Assembly (NCBI GenBank): GCA_044892525.1
Contig: CM097887.1
Location: forward strand, 117,840,397 to 117,904,396
DNA from: Schmidtea polychroa
Lineage: Eukaryota
Direction: 5' to 3'
Length of the DNA stretch: 64,000 nt
Shown here: positions 40,008 through 49,959 of the stretch, piece after piece
How positions within the stretch are numbered: the first letter of the stretch is position 1
Layout: each line of letters opens with the position of its first letter
Translations under genes and position numbers: made by a program
The notes under the pieces: model-generated
Told to the model about the DNA's origin: nothing
The model's database searches: none
The model's input: the letters and a program-made list of their open reading frames with translations, nothing else

Positions 40008-40487
40008 ATGTCGGAAGCTAGAAAACATCTACAACAACTAAGCAGATTCATCGACATAGAAAACGATTCCCTAAAGACGTTAAGAGAAAAACTGCAACAA
40101 ATAGAGACCCTAGTACAACAACGCCACGATGCACCTCTGATATCAAAACAAAATTATTTAACCAATAAACTGGGAGCAACAAACACCGATACCGACTTGT
40201 CTACCCATTACCAATGGATGCAGAAACGACTCGACGACCCCGCTCTGAACATCGAATATGTGAGAATACGCGAACAAGTAAAAACTTTGTCTCAGAGAAT
40301 ACGAACATCGATAGTAGAGAAAGCAGCGGCCTTAAGAACTTGTAACATTTGTAAGACGCGACCTGCCAAAATTCTAATTCTACCTTGTGGACACCTTAGC
40401 CATTGTGACGAATGTGCCGTCGGTTTAACGCATTGTTCTCTATGTGTATGTGTGATAAAGGAGAAGCACACGATTTACTTCAGTTAG
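40008..40487 (+). CDS. coiled-coil plus C-terminal IAP/MDM-type RING finger (no BIR domain)
   Basis: CNICKTRPAKILILPCGHLSHCDECAVGLTHCSLCVCVIKEKHTIYFS: C3HC4 RING with an IAP-like aromatic tail. T-tract plus AG acceptor 2 nt before the ATG. Confidence 0.85.
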   Translation: MSEARKHLQQLSRFIDIENDSLKTLREKLQQIETLVQQRHDAPLISKQNYLTNKLGATNTDTDLSTHYQWMQKRLDDPALNIEYVRIREQVKTLSQRIRTSIVEKAAALRTCNICKTRPAKILILPCGHLSHCDECAVGLTHCSLCVCVIKEKHTIYFS

Positions 40488-41062
40488 CACGCGATCAGCA
40501 CTCGGTGAAAGAATTGATCTGATTGACAATTTGACTAAATCCTTTATGTTTAATTGATGGGTCAATAATTTTTTAGTAAATGTGTATATTGCATGTGGCT
40601 TAAGCCAAATAATGAATAAAATGTTTTGTGTGTTCATTTTATTGTGAATTCAGTAACTTTATGATAATTTTCACCATAGAGAGAGAGCATCAATAAACTT
40701 AATTTAAACAAATAATATAAAGTGGAACTAGTCCCAACATAGGGTTAAAGGGGGAATAAACTGAGCCACCTTCGGGAGGTACGTTATACAAATGCCGTTT
40801 GGGAAGGGACAACCGATCACCCCGAGTAAGAGATGTAAGGCGAGGTACCATCGCGAATATTGAAAAGTTTCTACGGTATGGCTGATCACCATACCAATGT
40901 AGAAATGGATCAATGCGATCGTTTTGCGTTTTGAACAAGGGGGGAAAGGGGAAAATATTCTCAAGCGGTGAAGATTAGGTCGACAAATAAAGTAAAAAAT
41001 AAAGGAAATGACAGTTTAGAATAAAAGGAGAGGAGGAAATAGAAGCATGCAGATCAGGAGAT

Positions 41063-41398
41063 ATTAAGGTCGAGCTGCTGGAAAAGTCCAGCCGGTCAGG
41101 GAAATTAAAACTGAGCTGTGAAAAGTCCAGCCAGTTCGGAGATGATGAAGATTGAGCTGTGAATAGTGCCAGCCAGTCGTAAGATCGAGTTGTTGAATAG
41201 TCCAACCGGTCAGGGGAAGAAGATTGAGCTGTGAATAGTGCCAGCCAGTCGTAAGATCGAGTTGTTGAATAGTCCAACCGGTCAGGGGAAGAAGATTGAG
41301 CTGTGAATAGTGCCAGCCAGTCGTAAGATCGAGTTGTTGAATAGTCCAACCGGTCAGGAGAAGAAGATTGAGCTGTTGAAAAGTGCCAGCCAGTCGTA
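41063..41398. repeat. tandem repeat, 72-bp unit (two ~36-bp subunits), ~3.5 near-perfect copies plus degenerate copies
   Basis: GAAGATTGAGCTGT recurs at 41147, 41219, 41291 and 41363. Confidence 0.95.
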
Positions 41399-42072
41399 AA
41401 GGCCTAAAGTAATAGTGAGATAGCATTTAAGCTACAAGTTGATAACATTTAAATTATTAGTGAGATAGAATATTAAAGCTAGCTAGAAGCAAATTGAGTT
41501 TGAAATATGGAATTTGAATTTAGAAAGGATCAAACGAGCTCGTAAAAGATGATAGAAAAATTCTTTTAGTAAAGAAGGAGAAACGGAAAAGGAAAATGAA
41601 TTAGGAATAATAGAAACAAAGAATAGGTATGAATAGATGATGAATCAAAGAGGAAATAATTAATTAATTAAAGGGGATCCCAGGTAAGTAGACAAAAGTT
41701 CTACAGAATTTTTTTTTTGGTTTAAACCGGTTAAACGAATTTTGTTTTGGTTCCAGAGCAGAACCGAGTAAAAGGAAATAGAGATGAAAGATTAAATGAA
41801 TAAGCGGAACCGCGCAAAAGGATTAAGGAAAATATGGGGGGTAATAAGCAGTAACTGACAACGACCTATCGATATTATAAATGCTAACTATAGATAATTT
41901 ATACGACTATATAGATAATTGTTACTACCCCAAATAGATAATTAAAAATCGACGAAAACTATGGGTTGATGGGTAATTATATTCCGCGGAGAAGTGTATG
42001 AGGGGAAATGAAGAGAAGCATAACAGAGGCCCAAAAACGGTGTCTGTGCTTGAATGTGGTAAAAAGGAATGA

Positions 42073-42417
42073 TTGATTCGTGTAAGCAAATGCAACACGA
42101 TATCATTTTTTCATTGTAGATACCCATCCAACCAAGTCAATTCAGAACCAGCTCAAAAAGAAGCCAGAGAATATACAAACAACCCAGGAAAAGCAATTCA
42201 GAACCCGCATAAAGGAAAACAAGCCAATCCGAACACGGAGGACGACAACGACATCGTTACCTACGACGGAATTATCGAAATACCAAGCATCGACGTGATA
42301 GCAGCAGTCAATCAAGGACTCAGATATCTCCTCCGGAAATCAGCCGAGAAATTACGCGGAATATTCCTCGAAGGAAACATTATCAGAACCAAACTTGACC
42401 AATTCAGCAGCCGCTAA
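42073..42417 (+). CDS. short ORF upstream of gag, possibly a spliced leader exon
   Basis: Same A-rich codon style as gag, with an internal acceptor TTTTTTCATTGTAG at ~42118. The gag frame is itself open from 42456, with an acceptor at 42519. Confidence 0.4.
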   Translation: MIRVSKCNTISFFHCRYPSNQVNSEPAQKEAREYTNNPGKAIQNPHKGKQANPNTEDDNDIVTYDGIIEIPSIDVIAAVNQGLRYLLRKSAEKLRGIFLEGNIIRTKLDQFSSR

Positions 42418-42782
42418 CCGTAGAAAGATCCACGTGAAAAGACAGAAAAGAGTAAGAAAGAATCACGGATAAACCCAACCTTAGATCTTCAAGTAAGCCA
42501 GGAGACGTATTATTTTCAGGAGACGAATTAGATCAACTCAAAAGAGGACGATCATTTAGGCAGCAGAGAGGAATATCACAAGGAGCAAAAAGACCCCACA
42601 AAACACCGATATACGATCAAGAAAACCCCACAGCCGGACATACGCCCAGTCGATCTAGAAGTAGAGAAAGCCTATCCGATATAACAAACAACCTAACCGG
42701 GTCAACAGAAGAATTATCCGTCCATAGTTTAGCTACATCGCTGGAGAATTTAAAAGGAATAATAGAGTTCCAAGAACCAATC

Positions 42783-45700
42783 ATGACGAATGTGGTAAAA
42801 ACCGACGAATATAAAGAAAAATTTAGAGGCGAACCATTCAACGGGAATGCGAACAAGTTGACGACGTTCATAACAAATTTTGAAGTCTATATCGATGTGT
42901 GTGGATGGACATCAGAAGCAATTAGCAAACGGATGCCGTTGTTTTTATGTGATAGCGCATTAGAAGTGTATCTAGAAGCAAAAGAAAGAAATACGAAGTT
43001 AGACAATTGGGAAAGCATCAAAACATTTTTGAGAAAAACATTCGGAGCCAGCAAACCAATAAATCAAGCCCTAGGAGAATTAGCGAGTAGAAAACAAAGA
43101 GCAAATGAATCCATAACGTTGTATGCGAGTGAATTGCGAAGATTGGCAAAGAAGGCCATGAACGGAAACTTGCCGGAGGAAAATTTAATTGGTTATTTCA
43201 TAGAAGGACTGCGCCGAGAAGAGGTAAGGGCCTCGGTGGGATGTCAAATGTGTAAAACACTAGAGGAAGCCATAGATTGGGCCACGAGATGCGAACTCCA
43301 CCTCCCGGCACAAATGAATGTCATGCAAGAGGAAGGAAGAATCGCAACAGCAACGGTAAAAACTGAAAATGGAGAGAACAGCAATCATGAACCAAAAATG
43401 AATCAGTTTATACCCGGTGCGCATCAAATTTTCAAACCACCGCAAGGACGATCAAATGGGAATAACAGTGAACGCAACAACCCGAACAATGGGAATAATT
43501 TTAATAATCGACGAAACACGAACGATAACAAACAATGCCGAACATGCGGTAAACCAGGACATTGGGATAGAGATTGTTACCGAAACGCAAATTGCAATAG
43601 GTGTGGACGACGAGGACACACGGAAAATATATGCCAATTGAGAGGATGTTTTAACTGCGGTCAACCAGGTCATATCTCAAGAGACTGTCGAGAAAGGAGC
43701 CAACAACAACGACCACCACAACGAAATAATAACTATGCACCAAATCCGCAACGACAAAGTAATCCTAGTGAGGGAAAGCAAATGAATGTGATGCAAGAAA
43801 TTTCACAAATGAAGCAGATGATGCAACAAATGATGAGACCGAGACAAGAACCAGTAGCACAACAAACTCAGAATATACGTATGATGAGGAGCACCGAGAA
43901 TCTTAACAACTATGAAGTGCAACAACATGCACAAGAATGGCAAAGACTACAAGCTGAAGAAGAGAGGATAAAAAGAGAGCGAATTCAGCAGCGACAAGAA
44001 CAACCATTACGAATAAATATGATGAGAATGGTAAGGGAGATAAAAGAGCAATATTGTTACAATTACGGTAAAAATCCAAGAGTTGTACCTATGAGCGAAC
44101 CAGAGAAACCGAAAGAAACAATTCCAGCAACAAAAAAGGAAAATTCAACAACATCGCTAAAAGGAAATCAGAGAATTCAGAAAATATTTTGGAAAAAGAT
44201 AAAAGATAAAATCGAAAGAGAAAATGAGAAAACGAAAACAGAAGCAGAAGCAGAAAATAACGAAAATGAAAAACAGAGTAATCATCTAAATCATGATATG
44301 ATACGAGAATTAGACTCAGAGGAGCTAACGATACTCGAGAACAAAAAATTAAAGAAAGTACCAAGAATGAGAAATTTACGAATTAATATGATGAGGACAA
44401 CAAAGAAGGTGTTGTCAACAGATGACGATGAGGATTATGTGAGTAGCCTTGGTGGAGAAATGTTACAGTTAAATGAAAATATCGACCAACTCAGAGAAAA
44501 GATCGGAGCAGATGAGGATGAAAGTGAAAGCGACGTGACAAGCGAAAGCGAAGACGAGAATATCGAAATAAAATTGAGAAAAGAAAGAGAAGAAGCAATA
44601 AAACAAGTAAAGGAAATACTTCCAGTGGTGGTAAGAAACCAGGAATTCATTGACATCATACCATACAGACGCTTCACACAAAGGATAATGAAACTAGAAA
44701 GAAACGAAAAAGATCTAATACCAAACGAGGAAAAAGCGATAATAAAGAAGTATATGGAAAAAATGAAACAAGCGGAGACAACACGCTATGTAATAAAAAT
44801 CGGAACAAGCAAAGGACTCGAGAGAATATGGATAAAAAATGCAGTTACAGACGATCTTTTCGATTGGATAAGAGAACATTTGGGCAGCTCGAGAAAGAAA
44901 GAATACCTGTATCAATATCAAGGAGAACAAATCAAACCAGACATGCACCTAATAGATGCATTGATCTGGCCAGGAGAAACTCAAATATTGAAATTGCATA
45001 AAGAGAAGCAACCAGCGAATATTCACGAATGGGCTAAAGACGCCAAGGCCGAGTATGACTTTAACATCAAGCTGAAGCTGGAACAAATAAAACAATGCAC
45101 CTTGCGACGAAATCTAGATAAATTAATCAAACAAATCCAAGAACAAGTTGAAGATAACTGGGATTTGCTCATAACAAGACGAACTGCAGACATGCATGAA
45201 CTAATGAGCCGACTGCGAGATACAGAACTGCTCAGGATGAGCGATTGGAGAACCATAAATTTGATCCACAAATACGGAAGATTAAAGGAAACGCAACCGC
45301 AGAAATTAGAAATAACCATATGGTTACCAAATGAGGAGAAACGACGAATAAAGATGAGTAATCAGAGTACGGTGGATGACTTAGTAACCAAGATAAACCA
45401 AGAGATAACGGAAAAAGTACGAAGCGAGAGCAGCGATGGTATGATAGATGACGTAGTCATGATGTACGATAAAATAATACTACGGGCTGAAGACGATACC
45501 TCGTTAAGTGAAACGGGAATGTGGGATAATCATCAGATCATCAGAATATTGCCCATGGACGAATTCCGAACAAGAGATGTAACATACCAGAAAGAAATAC
45601 GAGACCGGATGAAAACGCTATACCAAAAATCAGTAGAGATAATCGAAATTTATCAACAATGGCTGAAAGAAAAAGAGCTTCAAGGAAAATTAAAGAAACT

Positions 45701-47708
45701 GAGTACCAGATCCTGCAGACGAACCCCATGGGAAAGGATGTGGAATGCGGAAAACAAAGAATGGGAAATCAGGAAAGGGATTTTCGTGGAAACAGACATT
45801 CGTGAGATAGAAAGCGAATCAGAAGAAGAGGAAGATGAACCTCCAAAATACGAAGAGGACGAAATAGAATCGACATCGAACGACGAAAGCGAAACGGATG
45901 TTACATCAGAAAGTGAAACGGAAACCAGGCATATTCATGCGATGAGAAAGAAGGAACGCGAATACGCCGACATAGACGGGGAAGAGGCAAAAGAAGCGAG
46001 AGAACGAGAAGAGAAGGAAAGGTATAAACAATTAGGTGATATCTTAGCAATGGGAGCAAAAAATCAAAAACGTCAAGTAATAACATTGGCTAACATCATC
46101 CTAAAGACATCAGAGAATATCCACAATCTAAGAGAAATGGCGAAAGCGATTGAAGAATACCGACAATATAACGAATGGTACCCAGAACAGCTAGAACAAA
46201 TTATTAGGAAATGGAGAAACCAAGAATGGGCACAAGATACCCAGGAAAGGTATCGTATCCGAGTCAAGTATCCCGACAAAAGCATTGAGGATATAGAAGT
46301 ACATCCAACAACAAAGATCAGAGAGTTAAAAAAGAAATTAGCATACGAAACTCCATTTCACCTACAACTATTCGGAAAATCGTTGGACGATAATGCAGAT
46401 GTCGGAATAACACCCATGAGATTGGGGGAGATCAATGTATTGACAATGGCAGAAACATTGGGAAAACCGATTAAAAGGAAGAGCAAATCCAGTAAACCTA
46501 CGAAAGGTAGCTTGAGTACACCAAGCCCTAACAAAGTGGCGAGTAAATCGAATGAAACCGAGGAAATCGAGGAAATTATATTGGAAGACAGCGATGAAGG
46601 AGCGGGAGAAAGATCACCAATTCTGGTAAGATGGCCGACCGGAGCCGAAATATGGACAACGAGCCAACCGTCAACTAGCTATCAACAACCACATAAACTG
46701 AACATAGAGGAAATTATCGATAATACAACAGAAACCGAAACTGACGAACAATTCCAACGACAGAAAGGACCAACGAAAGCAACACCGGAAGGCCAAACGG
46801 ACAAAATAATAGAAGAATGGAACGAATGGCTGAGAAACAACGATAGCTCATTGCCCAGAACAGATAATGAGAGAAACCCGAAGTATGAAACGACAAGAGA
46901 AGCCGGAACAATGATGGAAAAACGGGCAAAAGGAAGACCTAGGAAGCAAGGAGAAAAACCAGAATTCAAAACTAGAAAACAACTGAAACAAGAACAAGGA
47001 CAAGTCAGATTAGAGAAACTGGATAAAATAGTGTGGGATCTAAAAGAGGCCCAGCCAACAATCGAAAGAGGCGAAAAATGGATACGAGAGCTAGTAAAAG
47101 ATATGCTAATAATAACGAACACACAATTGCGACGGTTATGGCAACGAAAAGTAGCAAGCGTAGATGCCAGACAGCTATGGAATACAATATCCGGAATAAT
47201 TCCGAAATTAATCAAAGAGAAGACAAAAACCACTAAAACCGATTGGGAAGAGACAAGAAGAGTAATTGAACAATTAACTTTAAACGCAAACGACGACGAA
47301 CATCATTTAGTAGTATTAACGTATCTAATGTACAATTTGATGGGAGTAGCAGCAAGGAAAATACCTAACAAACAATTCGCAAATCATGTAGAAATGACCG
47401 TTACAATCATTGAAAATACAATCGAACCACATATTATCCGCGCCGGTGGGTGGAAAAGACTCATACAAGCACCACGAAAAAACGAGCAAGAGAGATCAAT
47501 GCAAATTCGGTTGAAGAAATTACTAAACGAGCTAGAATGGGAATTGCCATTGAAAGACCCAGCCAGCAGAAAAGCGTCGATTAATTCACTAATGATGACC
47601 ATGATGATATGGATGCTCTGCACCAGTGGAGCCGCGGGATTTACTATTTACGACTGTGACAATTCGATAATAGGAGAAAGATACTCCCTGAGAGATATAG
47701 AGGAATGA
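42783..47708 (+). CDS. gag: extended Gag: capsid, 3 CCHC knuckles, 3 ubiquitin-like domains, AT-hook, Bcl-2-like domain, env signal peptide
   Basis: Capsid-like FNGNANKLTTFITNFE...MPLFLCDSALEVY; CRTCGKPGHWDRDC, CNRCGRRGHTENIC, CFNCGQPGHISRDC; KGRPRK; RELVKDML...HIIRAGGW. Ends in the hydrophobic LMMTMMIWMLCTSGAAG followed by FTIYDC. Confidence 0.9.
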   Translation: MTNVVKTDEYKEKFRGEPFNGNANKLTTFITNFEVYIDVCGWTSEAISKRMPLFLCDSALEVYLEAKERNTKLDNWESIKTFLRKTFGASKPINQALGELASRKQRANESITLYASELRRLAKKAMNGNLPEENLIGYFIEGLRREEVRASVGCQMCKTLEEAIDWATRCELHLPAQMNVMQEEGRIATATVKTENGENSNHEPKMNQFIPGAHQIFKPPQGRSNGNNSERNNPNNGNNFNNRRNTNDNKQCRTCGKPGHWDRDCYRNANCNRCGRRGHTENICQLRGCFNCGQPGHISRDCRERSQQQRPPQRNNNYAPNPQRQSNPSEGKQMNVMQEISQMKQMMQQMMRPRQEPVAQQTQNIRMMRSTENLNNYEVQQHAQEWQRLQAEEERIKRERIQQRQEQPLRINMMRMVREIKEQYCYNYGKNPRVVPMSEPEKPKETIPATKKENSTTSLKGNQRIQKIFWKKIKDKIERENEKTKTEAEAENNENEKQSNHLNHDMIRELDSEELTILENKKLKKVPRMRNLRINMMRTTKKVLSTDDDEDYVSSLGGEMLQLNENIDQLREKIGADEDESESDVTSESEDENIEIKLRKEREEAIKQVKEILPVVVRNQEFIDIIPYRRFTQRIMKLERNEKDLIPNEEKAIIKKYMEKMKQAETTRYVIKIGTSKGLERIWIKNAVTDDLFDWIREHLGSSRKKEYLYQYQGEQIKPDMHLIDALIWPGETQILKLHKEKQPANIHEWAKDAKAEYDFNIKLKLEQIKQCTLRRNLDKLIKQIQEQVEDNWDLLITRRTADMHELMSRLRDTELLRMSDWRTINLIHKYGRLKETQPQKLEITIWLPNEEKRRIKMSNQSTVDDLVTKINQEITEKVRSESSDGMIDDVVMMYDKIILRAEDDTSLSETGMWDNHQIIRILPMDEFRTRDVTYQKEIRDRMKTLYQKSVEIIEIYQQWLKEKELQGKLKKLSTRSCRRTPWERMWNAENKEWEIRKGIFVETDIREIESESEEEEDEPPKYEEDEIESTSNDESETDVTSESETETRHIHAMRKKEREYADIDGEEAKEAREREEKERYKQLGDILAMGAKNQKRQVITLANIILKTSENIHNLREMAKAIEEYRQYNEWYPEQLEQIIRKWRNQEWAQDTQERYRIRVKYPDKSIEDIEVHPTTKIRELKKKLAYETPFHLQLFGKSLDDNADVGITPMRLGEINVLTMAETLGKPIKRKSKSSKPTKGSLSTPSPNKVASKSNETEEIEEIILEDSDEGAGERSPILVRWPTGAEIWTTSQPSTSYQQPHKLNIEEIIDNTTETETDEQFQRQKGPTKATPEGQTDKIIEEWNEWLRNNDSSLPRTDNERNPKYETTREAGTMMEKRAKGRPRKQGEKPEFKTRKQLKQEQGQVRLEKLDKIVWDLKEAQPTIERGEKWIRELVKDMLIITNTQLRRLWQRKVASVDARQLWNTISGIIPKLIKEKTKTTKTDWEETRRVIEQLTLNANDDEHHLVVLTYLMYNLMGVAARKIPNKQFANHVEMTVTIIENTIEPHIIRAGGWKRLIQAPRKNEQERSMQIRLKKLLNELEWELPLKDPASRKASINSLMMTMMIWMLCTSGAAGFTIYDCDNSIIGERYSLRDIEE

Positions 47709-49480
47709 GACAGGCATCTCCGAATAAATTAGATATAGTAAAAAAGAAAGTCTCCTATCACGTATACCAAGAATCAGATTTCATTAGAACACAAGCTAGA
47801 GAATGCGTAGTATCGAAGAAAGTGTTGGCATATTACTGTGGACAATACTCATATTCAACCCTTATATTACCGGGATTAGATAAAGAAATAGTACCTATAC
47901 AACGGGAAGACTGTAAAGAACTTTTTAGAACCGGAGCGATGAGAATCAGGGATGGAGTAACAATACACGGACAAAGCGGAATGATCAAGACGGAAAGTAT
48001 CTATGTAGCCGGACGAGTAAAATCAACTGATGGATCATGTAACGGAGGCACATATACGATCAGAGGAGAAGTGATCTCGGGAGTAGTAGTAATTGAGTCC
48101 TACACAGTGGAGTTGAAGGAATACGAAGCACAATTCGACGCAAACAACTATCAAATGAAAACCAACCCAGCATGCAGAGCTACGGAAAACGTGTGTAGAA
48201 CGGGAATTTCGACTATAATATATGAAGCTAACACCCAAAAATGCCGACTGCAATTGTTAAAAAGTGCTCTATTCAATGAAGTAAAAGGAGAAATTTACGA
48301 AAACGAGGATGACGATGAAGAGAATGGAAACGTAAGGATGCGAAATGGGAAACCAGTCCCACCATCCCCCAAAGAAAAGAGACTCACAACCCAAAAAACA
48401 CCAACGGCATTAATTACAGATGATCCAGACGTCGGCATGAGATTCATTAGAGAAAAAGAGACCACCAAATGTGACAGCATAGTATATCGGACGAACTACG
48501 CAGGTATCTACATGTCAAGGCAAGTAATAGACCGAGCAGTGGGAAAGGTAGCAACAGAGGACGTAAAATTGTACCTGTACGCTAATAACAAAATGGACTT
48601 TTTATTTCATCGAGGACAAACGACAATGCAAAAAGTGTATTACGATCTTATACAAAATGACTGTTCATTGAATAAAGAGATACTAAAAACAAAATTAGCT
48701 ATCGCAATAACACACCCAGATAACACAATGCCATCACTCCCGTTACCGGATGGACATTTTGGTAGAATGGTGGGAGAGGTAATGTATACATATGCATGTA
48801 CCAAGACATTTGCGCGACTGCCAAGAAAGCCCACAATTCCACCAGGGAAATGTGCAAACGAATTAGAAATTAGCTACAAAGGGCGGAACAGATTCGTTCA
48901 ACCAGTCACTTGAATTATGAACCCAATTGGATTTTATCCGAACATCTTTAACTGTTCAAATGCATACGGACCGTTATATGAAAAACCCGATGGGAAATGG
49001 ATAATGTTACCGGTAAAAACCGAAGTACAAGAACCTAAAAAGTTTGGATTAATAGAACTCGCAACAGAGCAAGATTTCAAACCAATTGATGTGTCAAAAG
49101 CAGGTATGTACTCACCAGAGGATTTAGAAACAGCACGACTAAACGTACTATTCCCAGCAAGGCGAGAATCCATTCTATCAAATATGGTTACCATAACTGG
49201 GGGAACGAATTTCCAGTCAGGCCCCAATTACGAACTATTATTGTCACCCGATCATTTTCAACAAGCCACGTCGAACATGATGAAAGCAATGTGGGGAAGA
49301 TTTCTAGTGTTCGGTCAAATGATGGCAGGAATATTGGGAATCATCTTAATTATTCAGATCGTCAGGGTGATATTGACTCAAATGTTAGCGTGTTTTGATA
49401 TCTATAAGAGAGAAAAGAAAGTAAATTGGAAGTTGATAGTAGGTTTTCTACCATTTTTGGCAAAAACAATGGTGTTGCAC
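47577..49480 (+). CDS. env: chuvirus-like (class III, gB-related) envelope glycoprotein, split by a 1-nt deletion (~47708) and a TGA (48911-48913)
   Basis: Signal peptide 47577-47639, then YDC...YSL.D...C, ECVVSKKVLAYYCG, GSCNGG, NDCSLNKEIL, GEVMYTYAC, CANELEI...FVQPVT(R)IM, LFPARRE, then a TM segment ~49300-49390. This Cys pattern matches Jingchuvirales G as I recall it. Confidence 0.85.
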
Positions 49481-49959
49481 GGTCATTCTAAAGACATACA
49501 TAGAATAAAACGATTAATCAAAATACTGACAAAAATAAAAGGGACTGACGAGGAGGTCGGTAGACGATTTCGGAAAACAATGTATGATGAGGCAACGAGA
49601 GCGCAACTGAAAAAGAACAAACCAAAATTCCTGGACAGATTTAGAAATCGGTCAAACAGCAGCGATAGCGATGATGACGACAACGGGAATGACAAATACC
49701 CATATCCAAGTAGAAACCCGAATGAAAAGCCAATAGAAACAGCGCCATATTGGGAGAAAGAAAAAACAAATACCTGGATAGCCAACGGAAGTTACATACC
49801 ACCGGATATCGTTGGACAACAAACAGCTTTGACCATGACACAAAATATGTATCCACAGTTACCAAGTCAACCAGGGATGAACTATATGCCAACCCGAAGA
49901 ACGAAAAGCGTAGACCAAGCGGATGACGTAAGAACGATAGCAGTGATGAGTTCACCAGG

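Noticed and set aside
40733-40739. Second CCCAACA as the 5' LTR end (would give a 5.3-kb LTR including the RING gene)
   Set aside because: No TGG-starting PBS follows, whereas 39500 is followed by an 18-nt tRNA-Pro-type PBS. Not fully excluded until the 3' LTR end is seen.
41063-41398. CRISPR array, or a coding repeat (minus-strand ORFs 40975-41349 and 41064-41426)
   Set aside because: No unique spacers and a eukaryotic context. The ORFs simply reflect a unit length divisible by 3.
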